This document shows positions 29,830 to 40,344 of a DNA stretch of 64,000 nt, piece by piece. Origin of the DNA: Agathobacter sp. (GTDB lineage Bacteria > Bacillota > Clostridia > Lachnospirales > Lachnospiraceae); contig JALFLB010000011.1 of assembly GCA_022775045.1 (NCBI GenBank), positions 23,384 to 87,383 on the forward strand. Reading direction: 5' to 3'. The notes under the pieces were generated by a model. It worked only from the letters and a program-made list of their open reading frames with translations, was not told where the DNA came from and ran no database searches. The first letter of the stretch is position 1, and the number at the start of each line of letters is the position of its first letter. Made by a program: the position numbers and the translations under genes.

Positions 29830-30828
29830 TTATTTATTGCGAACACGCGTGGTTGATTCACGCTCTACAAGTTTTGGACGCAATAGAGTTTTGCTGATTG
29901 AGATGTGGTGAATGAGCGAGTTGAGAATCACATAGGCACATTTGCCGATCTCATTGCGTTCCTGGCGGATTGTAGTAAGGGGCGGATCAAAAGTAGCTGC
30001 AACGGAAATGTCATCAAATCCAATTACGCTGATATCTTCCGGAATCTGAAATCCTCTCTGGATACATTCTTCCATGACTCCTTTTGCAATTAAATCATTG
30101 CCACACACGATGGCTGTTGCTCCGGCAGCAAGAAAACCCGGAACATGGTACTTGGCACTGTCCGATACATAGTAGCCATATGCCATGAGATCGCTGCGAA
30201 TCGGTAGACCAACGGCGGTCATTGCATTTTCGAACGCCTCCTGGCGCTGATCAGATACCATTGAGTATAAAGAGCCGTTGAGAAAGGCAATATTTTTGTG
30301 CCCTAATGTATAAAGATGGTTGACAGCCATGGAAATTCCTTCGTAACTGTCGGTTCCGATATAACAGACGTTCGGATTGCTGTCAATGTAGTTGTCTAAA
30401 AGGACAGTTGGCATAGTGGTGTCCTCTAATTGCTTCATCCAGGCATCGTGTAATGCAAAACCCATGAGAAAGGCACCGCAGTAACCGTTTTTGAGCAAAT
30501 AGGTGTCATATTTTTCTTCTTCCTGGAAAGCAGGCGTGATGGGCACAATGTCTACATCCCATTTATGACGGAAAGCATTCTGCTTGAAGCCCAGCACGAT
30601 TTCATAGCCAAATTCGTCAATGGAATCGTAGTTCATATTTTCAATAAAGATACATAACTTGCGATTTTCTTCTTTTTTGGAACGCTTAGTTGCATAACCC
30701 ATTTCTACAGCAGTGTCCAAAACCATCTGCCGTAATTCTTCGCTAATGTCACTTGCACCATTCAGACCCTTGGAGACTGTGCTGACAGAAACTCCGAGGC
30801 GGTTGGCGATATCTTTAATCGTAGCCAT
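29830..30828 (-). CDS. LacI-family transcriptional regulator (probable maltodextrin-locus repressor)
   Basis: MATIKDIANRLGVSVSTVSKGL helix-turn-helix and VIGFDD...PPLTTIRQ; divergent from malQ. Confidence 0.93.
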   Translation of the reverse strand: MATIKDIANRLGVSVSTVSKGLNGASDISEELRQMVLDTAVEMGYATKRSKKEENRKLCIFIENMNYDSIDEFGYEIVLGFKQNAFRHKWDVDIVPITPAFQEEEKYDTYLLKNGYCGAFLMGFALHDAWMKQLEDTTMPTVLLDNYIDSNPNVCYIGTDSYEGISMAVNHLYTLGHKNIAFLNGSLYSMVSDQRQEAFENAMTAVGLPIRSDLMAYGYYVSDSAKYHVPGFLAAGATAIVCGNDLIAKGVMEECIQRGFQIPEDISVIGFDDISVAATFDPPLTTIRQERNEIGKCAYVILNSLIHHISISKTLLRPKLVERESTTRVRNK

Positions 30829-30999
30829 AAAAAATCTCCCTTCTATGTATAATAATTATAAAATAATTCAGAATACTCTGCAATTGTTTCAGGGAAAATA
30901 TTTTCGAAAAAAGAGCACAATACTGTTGTGAATATATACAAAAATATAAACTAAAATCCGTGAAAAATGGAAAAAATGAGCTTGCAACCCCAAAAAACA

Positions 31000-31061
31000 T
31001 TGACAAAACGACTTGTAGAGACTAGAATTATCCTAGATACGAAAAAACACGAAAATTTTCG
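31000..31061 (+). promoter_or_regulatory. SigA promoter of malQ with a downstream palindromic operator candidate
   Basis: TTGACA (31000-31005), 17 bp, TAGAAT (31023-31028). CGAAAATTTTCG at 31050-31061; related GAAAATATTTTCG at 30894-30906. Confidence 0.6.
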
Positions 31062-31142
31062 AAAGCCAAGCAGACAGATTTGGCATTTGGGAGAATTCTT
31101 TGTGGAGACAGGGTGGGAAGAAATTTGGAAGAACAGGAAGTG

Positions 31143-32621
31143 ATGAGAGGGTCTGGAGTCCTTCTTGCGGTATCAAGCCTTCCGTCTGAATACGGGATTG
31201 GTACGATGGGGGATGCGGCTTTTCGATTTGTTGATCTTCTGGTTGACTTAAAACAAAAGTACTGGCAGATACTTCCCATTGGACCGACAAGTTTTGGCGA
31301 TAGTCCGTATCAGGCAATGTCGGCATTCGCAGGGAATCCTTATCTGATTGATTTGGATGAACTTGTCAGACAGGGCTTGCTGACAAGGGAAGAGATTCGA
31401 TGTTATAATTGGGGAAATGATGAGTCTACAATTGATTACGCTGCACTTTTTGAAAACCGTTACCGTATACTGAAACAGGCATTCGAACGGTTTGACCAGC
31501 GGGATTCACAATTTATAAAGTTTGAAGATGAAAATGCGGATTGGGTTGAAGATTATGGACTGTTCATGGCACTGAAGGAGCTCTTTGGATTTGTCAGCTG
31601 GCAGGAGTGGCCGGAAGAAATTAAAAATAAACAACCGGTTGCGCTTGCAAAATACCGAAAAGAGTTGTATAATAACATCAGGTTTTGGGTGTTTTGCCAA
31701 TATAAATTCTATGAGCAATGGACAAAACTCAAAGAATATGCCAATTTCAGAGGAATCCAACTGATTGGAGATGTTTCGTTTTTTGTTGGGATGGACAGTG
31801 TGGATGTCTGGGTACATCCGGAACAGTTTCTGGTTGATGAAAACGGGGAAGCTGTTTATGTGGCTGCCGCTGGTCCTGACAAGTTTTCGCACACCGGTCA
31901 GGTATGGGGAAATCCGCTGTACAATTGGAAGAACATGGAAGAGGATGGGTTCTTATGGTGGAAACACAGAATGAGTATCAGCAGCCAGTTATTTGATGTG
32001 ATACGAATTGATCATTTTGCGGGATTCGCCAAGACATATATGGTTCCGAAGAATTCACCGGACGCCTCAGGAGGCAGATGGATGAAGGGACCGGGAAGAA
32101 AGCTGATAGATGCGCTCAACCCGGTACTGCAAGGGAAGACAGTGATTGCTGATGACTATGGCGGCAAGGCATTGGTCCCGGGAACAAAAAAACTGTTACA
32201 TAAAGCGGGGTGGCTGGGGACAAAGGTTTTGATGTTTGCGTTTGATGGAGATCCGGCGAATGAACATCTTCCACACAATTATCCGGATGGCCACTGGGTT
32301 GTATATGCAGGAACGCATGATAACGATACGATTGTTGGATATTTCAGAGGTAAGACCGAATATGAGCTGGCCTACCTGTATGAATATCTGAATATAGAAA
32401 AGCAGGATGAGATTCCGGATGCACTGATCCGGTGTGCCTATGCAAGTGTTGCAGATATTGCAATTATCCAGATGCAGGATTTATTGAAGCTGGGGAATGA
32501 GGCGAGAATGAACAAGCCTGCTACGGTCGGTGCCAATTGGCGCTGGCGTTTTGGCAAAGAACAGCTTACGGAGAACCGCAGGGCATGGATTCGCAATCTG
32601 GCGGCGGTGTATCGTAGATAA
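31143..32621 (+). CDS. malQ: 4-alpha-glucanotransferase (GH77)
   Basis: RGSGVLLAVSSLPS, SPYQAMSAFAGNP, WGNPLY, RIDHF and GTHDNDT. Confidence 0.94.
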   Translation: MRGSGVLLAVSSLPSEYGIGTMGDAAFRFVDLLVDLKQKYWQILPIGPTSFGDSPYQAMSAFAGNPYLIDLDELVRQGLLTREEIRCYNWGNDESTIDYAALFENRYRILKQAFERFDQRDSQFIKFEDENADWVEDYGLFMALKELFGFVSWQEWPEEIKNKQPVALAKYRKELYNNIRFWVFCQYKFYEQWTKLKEYANFRGIQLIGDVSFFVGMDSVDVWVHPEQFLVDENGEAVYVAAAGPDKFSHTGQVWGNPLYNWKNMEEDGFLWWKHRMSISSQLFDVIRIDHFAGFAKTYMVPKNSPDASGGRWMKGPGRKLIDALNPVLQGKTVIADDYGGKALVPGTKKLLHKAGWLGTKVLMFAFDGDPANEHLPHNYPDGHWVVYAGTHDNDTIVGYFRGKTEYELAYLYEYLNIEKQDEIPDALIRCAYASVADIAIIQMQDLLKLGNEARMNKPATVGANWRWRFGKEQLTENRRAWIRNLAAVYRR

Positions 32622-32704
32622 GATTTATTTTAATAGTGATATAGAACGCAGAGGCGTTTTATATAAATACTTTTGGTTATCATTAAAAAAAGGAGAGGAA
32701 AACG

Positions 32705-33997
32705 ATGAAAAAGAAAGTATTATCAGCATTACTCGTTGCAGCAATGACAGCTACTATGTTCGCTGGCTGTGGCGACAAGAAGACCGATGAGGGAACTACA
32801 CCTGCTACACAGGGTGGCAGCGCAGAGACACAGTCTGAGATTACGGATTACGGCTCAGGCGACATTAAGATCTGGGTTGCAGACAATGTTGTAGATTTTA
32901 CAAAGGAGAAGGCAGAGGAGTTCCTCGCAAGCAACGATGCATTTTCTGGTTACACAGTAACCGTTGAGGCCGTTGGTGAGGGTGATGCAGCTGGAAACAT
33001 GATTACCGACGTTGAGGGCGGCGCTGATATCTACGGATTTGCTCAGGATCAGATTTCCCGTCTGGTAGCTGCTGGCGCATTACAGCCAATCGTAGGTGAC
33101 TATGCTACCTGGGTAACTGAGAACAACGATGCAGATTCTGTAAATGCAACAAAGGTTGGTGATCAGATGTGGGCATTCCCAATGACATCTGATAACGGAT
33201 ATTTCTTATACTATGATAAGAGTGTTGTTACAGATCCTTCTTCACTGGAGCAGATTGTAGCTGACTGTGAGGCCGCAGGCAAGAATTTCTACTTTGAGAT
33301 TAACTCTGGTTGGTATCAGCCGGCATTCTTCTTCGGAACCGGATGTGAGTTTACATATGAGACAGATACTGATGCAAACTTTACTGCATGTAATATGGAT
33401 TATGCTTCTGACAAGGGTGTTGTAGCTCTGAAGGAAATTATTGAGTTAGCATCTTCTAAGTGCTTCCAGAATGGTTCTTCATGGGATAAGGCTACCGATT
33501 GTGCAGCAATCGTTGATGGAACATGGGATTCAGCAGCAATTAAGAGCGGACTTGGTGATAACTTCGCATGTGCTAAGTTACCTTCATTCACAGGTTCTGA
33601 TGGACAGACCTATCAGTTAGGTGGATTCTCAGGATTCAAGCTTCTTGGAATCAAGCCTCAGACAGAGGAAGGAAAGGCTGCAGTATGCTACCAGTTAGCA
33701 CAGTACTTAACAAGCTCTGAAGTTCAGACTGCTCGTTACGAAGCAGTAGGCTGGGGACCATCTAATACAGAGGCTCAGGCAGCAGATGCAGTTCAGTCTG
33801 ACGTTGCACTTACAGCATTAAGAGAGCAGATTCCGAACGATGTTCCACAGGGTAACTACCCAGGAGATTACTGGACTCTTGCAACTTCACTTGGTGATAC
33901 CATCATTTCCCACGATCTTAACACTAAGACAAGTGATGAAGATCTTATGAAGACTCTTCAGGATTTCCAGGATACATGTATCGGATACGCAAAATAA
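32705..33997 (+). CDS. Sugar ABC transporter solute-binding lipoprotein (maltodextrin-like)
   Basis: Lipobox FAGC, ADIYGFAQDQ and FPMTSDNGYFLYYDKS; lies between malQ and the permeases. Confidence 0.88.
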   Translation: MKKKVLSALLVAAMTATMFAGCGDKKTDEGTTPATQGGSAETQSEITDYGSGDIKIWVADNVVDFTKEKAEEFLASNDAFSGYTVTVEAVGEGDAAGNMITDVEGGADIYGFAQDQISRLVAAGALQPIVGDYATWVTENNDADSVNATKVGDQMWAFPMTSDNGYFLYYDKSVVTDPSSLEQIVADCEAAGKNFYFEINSGWYQPAFFFGTGCEFTYETDTDANFTACNMDYASDKGVVALKEIIELASSKCFQNGSSWDKATDCAAIVDGTWDSAAIKSGLGDNFACAKLPSFTGSDGQTYQLGGFSGFKLLGIKPQTEEGKAAVCYQLAQYLTSSEVQTARYEAVGWGPSNTEAQAADAVQSDVALTALREQIPNDVPQGNYPGDYWTLATSLGDTIISHDLNTKTSDEDLMKTLQDFQDTCIGYAK

Positions 33998-34113
33998 TTT
34001 TGTAGAATTATAATATGCAATAAGTAAGGGGATTCGTTCCCCTTACTTGTTCATATATAGCAACTGCAGGTGGCAGTGATGCCTGCAACCGCGGTGGGGC
34101 GACGGGAGGCACT

Positions 34114-35511
34114 ATGAAAGATAGTAAAAAATCAGCTGGCAACAAGATTGCAGGCTTTTTCAAATGGATCGGAAGAGACATCGCTGATATCGGTGTGACT
34201 TTCAAAGAGGGCGATTGGAAGACTCGCTTATCTTTTATCATTATGGGATTTGGTCCCCTGATGCGTAAGCTTTACGCAAGAGGAATTGCATTCCTTGCAT
34301 TAGAGATTGCATTCTTCTATTATATAATTACATTTGGCTGGGGGTATTTACAGAAATTTACAACCCTCGGAACCCAGCAGGCTGGATGGAATGATGCCGG
34401 ACTTCGTGTTTACGGTGACAACAGCTTTTTGATTTTGCTGTATGGTCTGTTAACCATCATTTTCATGCTGGCATTTATCCTTCTCTGGCGTATGAATGTA
34501 CGTGAGAACCGTAAGGAAGAGTTACAGTTGAAAGCCGGACATCCGCTGAAGACAAATAAGCAGGATCTGCATTCGCTTTTGGACTCTAATTTTGACAAGA
34601 CCCTGTTGGCATTGCCTATGGCCGGTATCTTTGTTTTTACCGTATTGCCGATTCTTTTTATGATTTGTGTCGCATTTACGAATTACGACTACAATCATCA
34701 GGCACCGTCAAAGCTGTTTACATGGGTAGGATTTGAAAACTTTAAGAACCTGTTTTCTTTTGGGACAGCAGGATTTGGTTCCACCTTCTTTAAGGTGTTG
34801 GGATGGACATTAATTTGGGCATTTTTTGCAACATTCTTAAACTACTTTGTAGGTATGGCTGTTGCAATTCTGATAAATAAAAAGGGCGTTAAGTTTAAGA
34901 AACTTTGGAGAACTATTCTGGTTATGACAATTGCGGTACCACAGTTTGTATCTCTTTTGTATGTTTCCAAGATGTTTGCCAATGACGGTTTGATCAATTC
35001 ATATTTTATGAAGTGGGGCTGGATTGATAGTCCGATTCCGTTTTGGACTAATCCGATGCTTGCACGAGTAGTAATTATTCTGATTAACTTGTGGGTTGGT
35101 ATTCCGTACGTTATGTTGATTACAACCGGTATTCTGATGAATATTCCGGAAGATCTGTATGAGAGTGCACGTATTGATGGTGCCAATGCATGGCAGATGT
35201 TCCGTAAGATTACTCTGCCGTATATGTTATTCGTTACCGGACCATATCTGTTAACATCGTATACAGGTAATCTGAATAACTTTAACATTATCTTCCTTTT
35301 GTCGGGAGGCGGACCGCAGAACATGAAGCTGACCGGTGGTGCAGGTGGAACAGATTTGCTCGTTACATGGCTATATAAGATGACCGTAAATGATACGAAC
35401 TATTGTATGGCAGCTGTTATCGGTATCATGGTATTCGTTGTGACGGCTGTGATCTCCCTGATAGTTTATGGTATATTACCATCCGTTAAAGATGAGGAGG
35501 GATTCCAATAA
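34114..35511 (+). CDS. Sugar ABC transporter permease (MalF-like)
   Basis: Multiple TM helices and EAA loop DLYESARIDGA. Confidence 0.92.
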   Translation: MKDSKKSAGNKIAGFFKWIGRDIADIGVTFKEGDWKTRLSFIIMGFGPLMRKLYARGIAFLALEIAFFYYIITFGWGYLQKFTTLGTQQAGWNDAGLRVYGDNSFLILLYGLLTIIFMLAFILLWRMNVRENRKEELQLKAGHPLKTNKQDLHSLLDSNFDKTLLALPMAGIFVFTVLPILFMICVAFTNYDYNHQAPSKLFTWVGFENFKNLFSFGTAGFGSTFFKVLGWTLIWAFFATFLNYFVGMAVAILINKKGVKFKKLWRTILVMTIAVPQFVSLLYVSKMFANDGLINSYFMKWGWIDSPIPFWTNPMLARVVIILINLWVGIPYVMLITTGILMNIPEDLYESARIDGANAWQMFRKITLPYMLFVTGPYLLTSYTGNLNNFNIIFLLSGGGPQNMKLTGGAGGTDLLVTWLYKMTVNDTNYCMAAVIGIMVFVVTAVISLIVYGILPSVKDEEGFQ

Positions 35512-36383
35512 TGGCAGCAGAAAAGAAATTACACAAACAACACAGAACTGCCAGCAATGTGGCAGCGTATATTGCACTCATTATTATCAGTATTATCTGG
35601 CTGTTCCCGTTCGTATGTATTGTTTTACAGAGCTTTCGTTCGTTCAACCTGGAACCGGGCGGAATGGTAAATTATCTGGTACCGAAGACTTTTTCACTGG
35701 ATTCCTATAAGTGGTTGTTCAGTGGTGACAGTCAGTTCTTCAAATGGTATGGTAATACGTTGATTATTGCTACATTTGTTGCAATTGGACAGACCATTAT
35801 GGTTCTTATGGTAAGTTATGCGCTTTCCAGAATGCGTTTTAAGGGACGTGAACTTTTGATGAGATTCTGGTTGATTCTTGGAATGTTCCCGGGATTCCTT
35901 ACCATGATCTGTCTGTATTTCCTGTTAAAGAACTTTGGATTGACACAACAGGGAGCTATTCCTGGCTTGATTTTGATCAGTGTGGCTAGTTCCGGTATGG
36001 GCTACTATGTATGTAAGGGATTTTTTGATACAATTCCGAAGTCTCTTGATGAGGCAGCCAGAATTGACGGAGCATCCAGAGCGAGAATCTTCCTTACCAT
36101 GACGATACCGCTTTCCAAGCCGATCATCATTTACACTGCGCTGACCGCATTTATGGCACCATGGTGTGATTACATCTTTGCATCATATGTTGCTTTTGGA
36201 TGTAGTGATAAGTATAACGTGGCTGTAGCGTTGTATCGCTGGGTTAATACAAACGATTATCAGGGATATTTTACCCGGTTCTGTGCCGGCGGTATTCTGG
36301 TTGCAGTTCCGGTAACAATTCTTTTCATGTGCTTGCAGAAGTACTATGTAGAGGGTGTAACCGGTGGTGCAGTAAAGGGTTAA
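35511..36383 (+). CDS. Sugar ABC transporter permease (MalG-like)
   Basis: FFDTIPKSLDEAARIDGAS and MCLQKYYVEG. Confidence 0.92.
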   Translation: MAAEKKLHKQHRTASNVAAYIALIIISIIWLFPFVCIVLQSFRSFNLEPGGMVNYLVPKTFSLDSYKWLFSGDSQFFKWYGNTLIIATFVAIGQTIMVLMVSYALSRMRFKGRELLMRFWLILGMFPGFLTMICLYFLLKNFGLTQQGAIPGLILISVASSGMGYYVCKGFFDTIPKSLDEAARIDGASRARIFLTMTIPLSKPIIIYTALTAFMAPWCDYIFASYVAFGCSDKYNVAVALYRWVNTNDYQGYFTRFCAGGILVAVPVTILFMCLQKYYVEGVTGGAVKG

Positions 36384-36399
36384 TGGTTAAAATATCAAT

Positions 36400-36425
36400 C
36401 GGCGGTCTTCGGACCGCCGTTTTTT
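36400..36425 (+). terminator. Terminator after the permeases
   Basis: CGGCGGTC-TTCG-GACCGCCG plus T-run. Confidence 0.85.
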
Positions 36426-36440
36426 GTTTAGGAGAAGTAT

Positions 36441-38024
36441 ATGAAGAAGAGAGTATTATCAGTACTGCTTGTGCTGTCGATGTGCTTTGCCCTGTTTGAG
36501 GGCTGCGTGGAGAGAAAACCGGAACTTTCCATTGTTGAGGATAATTACCGTAACTATTATGAAATTTTTGTCGGCTCCTTTTATGACAGTGATGGAGACG
36601 GTATGGGAGATCTCAATGGGGTGACCAGGAAATTGGATTATATACAGGAGATGGGATTTAACGGAATCTGGCTGATGCCGATCATGCCATCGCCGACATA
36701 CCATAAATATGATGTAACAGATTATATGGATGTGGATCCGGCTTATGGAACCGTTGACGATTTTAAAACACTTATGGAAGAATGCCATAAAAGAGATATC
36801 CGGTTGATTATTGATATGGTGATGAATCACTCTTCCTCTTCACATCCGTGGTTTACGGAGGCGTGCACATATTTGCGGAATCTGCCGGAAGGACAGGAAG
36901 CAGATGAATCAGAGTGTCCATATGTAGGATATTATCATTTTTCACAGGAAAAAGTAGATTCCACTTATTATGCAGTCCGGGGAACGAACTGGTGGTATGA
37001 GGGCTCTTTCTGGTCGGAAATGCCGGATCTTAATTTGAATAATGCCGCACTTCGCGAGGAATTTCAACAGATTGCAGATTTCTGGCTCGATCTTGGTGTG
37101 GATGGATTTCGAATGGATGCGGCTATGCACTATGAGGAAAACGATATAGCAGGAAATAATCAGGACCTGAATTGGATTTATAATTACTGCAAAGAGCAGA
37201 ACCCGGACTTTTATATGGTGTCCGAGGTATGGGCAAATGAACAGACAATTGCAGATTACTATGGAAGCGGCACACCGAGTATGTTTAATTTTGATGCGGG
37301 AAGTGCGGAAGGTAAAATCATTCAGGCAGCCCGAAGCGGGAAGGTTACCTCTCTGGTACAGGCGATGCTTACTTATCAGGAAGATTTTTCCAAAGAAAAT
37401 CCGGAATATATTGATGCTCCATTTTTGACAAACCATGATATGGGACGTGTTGCAAACGCACTGATGAGCGATGAAGATAAGCTCAAGATGGCAGCAGGAC
37501 TGCTTATGATGATGAATGGAAGTCCGTTTGTATATTACGGAGAAGAAATTGGTATGAAGAGTGCCGGAACGAAGGACGAAAATAAGCGGATTCCGATGTT
37601 CTGGTCGGCGACAGATAGTACAGGAATGACCGATGGACCGCAGGGGATGGATGCGGGAATTGAATCTTCCCTACCCCCGTTGGATGAGCAGATGAAGGAT
37701 GAAACTTCTCTGTTGAACTATTACAAGAGAGCGCTTCGCCTTCGTAATGAAAATCCGGAGATCGCAAGAGGTACAGTTCAGGCAATTGACAGTTTGTGTG
37801 TAGGCTCGATGGCGGCAATTACAAAGAGCTACAATGGAAGCACGATTGGAATTATTTATAATATAGGTGAAGAAGAGACTACATTTTCACTGGATCAGAC
37901 GGAACTTTCCGGGATGAAAATCCAGGGATATCTTACACTGAATAACGAAAAAGTGGTGCTTTCTGATGACGAATTAATTATGCCTGCACGCAGTATCTGT
38001 ATTGTAAAATCTGTCAAAAAATAA
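36441..38024 (+). CDS. GH13 alpha-amylase-family lipoprotein
   Basis: Lipobox-like FEGC, DSDGDGMGDLNG, DMVMNHSS, DGFRMDAA and FLTNHD. Confidence 0.9.
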   Translation: MKKRVLSVLLVLSMCFALFEGCVERKPELSIVEDNYRNYYEIFVGSFYDSDGDGMGDLNGVTRKLDYIQEMGFNGIWLMPIMPSPTYHKYDVTDYMDVDPAYGTVDDFKTLMEECHKRDIRLIIDMVMNHSSSSHPWFTEACTYLRNLPEGQEADESECPYVGYYHFSQEKVDSTYYAVRGTNWWYEGSFWSEMPDLNLNNAALREEFQQIADFWLDLGVDGFRMDAAMHYEENDIAGNNQDLNWIYNYCKEQNPDFYMVSEVWANEQTIADYYGSGTPSMFNFDAGSAEGKIIQAARSGKVTSLVQAMLTYQEDFSKENPEYIDAPFLTNHDMGRVANALMSDEDKLKMAAGLLMMMNGSPFVYYGEEIGMKSAGTKDENKRIPMFWSATDSTGMTDGPQGMDAGIESSLPPLDEQMKDETSLLNYYKRALRLRNENPEIARGTVQAIDSLCVGSMAAITKSYNGSTIGIIYNIGEEETTFSLDQTELSGMKIQGYLTLNNEKVVLSDDELIMPARSICIVKSVKK

Positions 38025-38108
38025 AAGATTTTGATTGTTGTTTCTGTAAAATTATAGTATACTAGGCGTATAAATATAGTGTAGAAGTACTAGTGGGGGC
38101 GCAATCGT

Positions 38109-40289
38109 ATGAGTAAGCTGAAAAAAGAAGACAATATGAGGAAAACGAAAATAAAACAGACAAAAGTCAAGGCTTCAAAGACTGAAAAAGCAAAGGTGAA
38201 GGTGCCGAGGGAGAAAAAACCAAAAACAAAAAATGCCAAGGGAAATGAGAAGAAAAAAGAGATCCCGTTTTATAGAAGTATCGCTATGCGATTGATTCTG
38301 GCATTCCTGCTTCCGGTAATTGGTGTACTGGCTCTTGGCTTGGTTTCTTATCGGACGGCATCCAATGCGATTGTTAATACATACAAGAATTCCGTACAGC
38401 AGACCATCGATACCATGCAAAGATATGTGGATTTGATTGTGGGAAGTGAGAAGGATGAGTTTAAGATTTATCTGACAGAGGGAATCCTGAAGAAATACTT
38501 TGGTGGACTTATGGACAGCGTCGAGGAGAATGGAACGAGAAACGATTATCAGAGTGAACTCCGCAATAAACTGGCATTGGACAGCAAGATTCAAAGTGCA
38601 TATTTTCTTGCGGATAATCGTCGAACCATCAATGCAAAGGTTGGTGTGATTACAGAGGATCTTTATACTGCTTACAAGGGAACTGAGCAGGGGGCCAAGG
38701 TAACCCAGAGCTCAACAGAGTGGTTTTATTTTGGACAGGATGATGAGTCTGATGAGGCAATCGGAATTGGAGATTCTGAGTATTGTGTTCGAATTGCCAA
38801 GAAAATGAATGATCAGCCGGCAATTATGATCGTTAATATCAGTGCGGATTTTGTACGTTCCACCATGCTTTCATTAGATCCGGGTAAGGGCGGATATGTT
38901 GCAATGGTTACCACGGATGGTAAAGAATTTTATGCCGATGAAGCGACCAGACCCAAAAGTAATCTGATTTATGGCACTGATTTTTATCAGAAAGCAATGG
39001 AGAGTAAGGAACAGACCGGAAATCAGATGATTCAGCTGAATGGTGAAGAGTATATGTTTGTGTACAGTAAGCTGAGTACCGGAAATATCATGATGACTGC
39101 GTTGATTCCTTCTGCGCGTCTCATTGAAAAATCGGCTGAAATTAAGCAGCTAACCATGATTTTGACAATTATTTGTATATTGATTGCTCTGGCGCTGGGC
39201 ACCTTAATTTCAAGACAGATGACGGGAACGATTCAATATATTCTGCGTCAGTTGCGAAAGGTATCGAAGGGAGACTTGACGGTTTCTCTGAAAGGAAAGC
39301 ATAGGGATGAGTTTGGTCTTCTCTGTGATGGTGTCAATGATACAGTGGATCATATGAAGGCGCTGATTCGGGATGTGAATGCAGTCAGTGAACAGGTTGG
39401 AGTAGCAGCTGTACATCTGGCGGAGACTTCAGGAACATTTATGGAGACTTCTCAGAATATTCAGGATGCGGTCATTGAAATTGAGAGTGGTGTCAATAAG
39501 CTTGATACGGGATCAGATAATTGTTTGAATCAGATGGATTCCCTGTCAGGCAAGATTACTAATGTAAGCTCCAATGCGGATGAGTTGGAGAAGCTGACAA
39601 ACGAAGCGGGAGAAACAATCAGCGCTGGTATTTCTTCGGTACAGACTTTGACAAAGAGTTCGGAAGAGACGGTTACAATCACAAGAAATGTAATAGAGTC
39701 TATTCAGGAACTGGAGGAGCAGTCGAGATCCATCAGTAATATCGTATCGGCTATCAATGACATTGCAGAGCAGACAAATCTTCTGTCTTTAAATGCCTCA
39801 ATTGAGGCTGCACGTGCAGGAGAGGCAGGCAGAGGATTTTCGGTTGTGGCAGAGGAGATTCGGAAACTGGCTGACCAGTGTCTGGCATCGGCAGGACAGA
39901 TTTCGCATATTGTGGACGATATTGTAACAAGAACAGGAAATGTTGTTTCTATTGCGAGAAAGGCAGAAGAGGCGGTTGCTTCACAGTCCAGTGTCGTGGA
40001 AACAACAACAGATTCTTTCCGGCAGATTGATCAGCTTGTAGCGCAGCTGATTCAGGCACTGCAGATTATCTCCAATAATGTTCAGGAGATGAACGGAGCA
40101 CGTAATGAGACACTGAGTGCAATTGAGAGCATCTCCGATGCATCATCACAGACGGCCGAGTGTTCTACTTCTGTGCATACAGCAGCGGGAACACAGATGG
40201 AAGCAGTCAAGAATCTTGATGAGGCTTCTCGAAGTCTGACAGAAAAGGCAGAGAAGCTATTAGACGCACTTGCAACATTTCAAATTTAA
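38109..40289 (+). CDS. Methyl-accepting chemotaxis protein
   Basis: Two TM helices, Cache-like region, HAMP domain and IAEQTNLLSLNASIEAARAGEAGRGFSVVAEEIRKLA. Confidence 0.95.
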   Translation: MSKLKKEDNMRKTKIKQTKVKASKTEKAKVKVPREKKPKTKNAKGNEKKKEIPFYRSIAMRLILAFLLPVIGVLALGLVSYRTASNAIVNTYKNSVQQTIDTMQRYVDLIVGSEKDEFKIYLTEGILKKYFGGLMDSVEENGTRNDYQSELRNKLALDSKIQSAYFLADNRRTINAKVGVITEDLYTAYKGTEQGAKVTQSSTEWFYFGQDDESDEAIGIGDSEYCVRIAKKMNDQPAIMIVNISADFVRSTMLSLDPGKGGYVAMVTTDGKEFYADEATRPKSNLIYGTDFYQKAMESKEQTGNQMIQLNGEEYMFVYSKLSTGNIMMTALIPSARLIEKSAEIKQLTMILTIICILIALALGTLISRQMTGTIQYILRQLRKVSKGDLTVSLKGKHRDEFGLLCDGVNDTVDHMKALIRDVNAVSEQVGVAAVHLAETSGTFMETSQNIQDAVIEIESGVNKLDTGSDNCLNQMDSLSGKITNVSSNADELEKLTNEAGETISAGISSVQTLTKSSEETVTITRNVIESIQELEEQSRSISNIVSAINDIAEQTNLLSLNASIEAARAGEAGRGFSVVAEEIRKLADQCLASAGQISHIVDDIVTRTGNVVSIARKAEEAVASQSSVVETTTDSFRQIDQLVAQLIQALQIISNNVQEMNGARNETLSAIESISDASSQTAECSTSVHTAAGTQMEAVKNLDEASRSLTEKAEKLLDALATFQI

Positions 40290-40301
40290 AAAGAATTATA
40301 G

Positions 40302-40344
40302 AAAACCGCCGCATGGGATGTGAAAATCTCATGCGGCGGTTTTT
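40302..40344. terminator. Bidirectional terminator between the MCP and acyltransferase genes
   Basis: AAAACCGCCGCATG/CATGCGGCGGTTTT. Confidence 0.88.

Noticed and set aside
29693-29830. Genomic island inserted at tRNA-Tyr
   Set aside because: No integrase, no duplicated tRNA 3' end, and ordinary flanking genes.
38047-38073. Sigma-28 promoter for the MCP (TAAA-15-GCGTATAA)
   Set aside because: It has two mismatches in the -10, and an overlapping SigA promoter (TTGTTG-17-TATACT) explains the region equally well.
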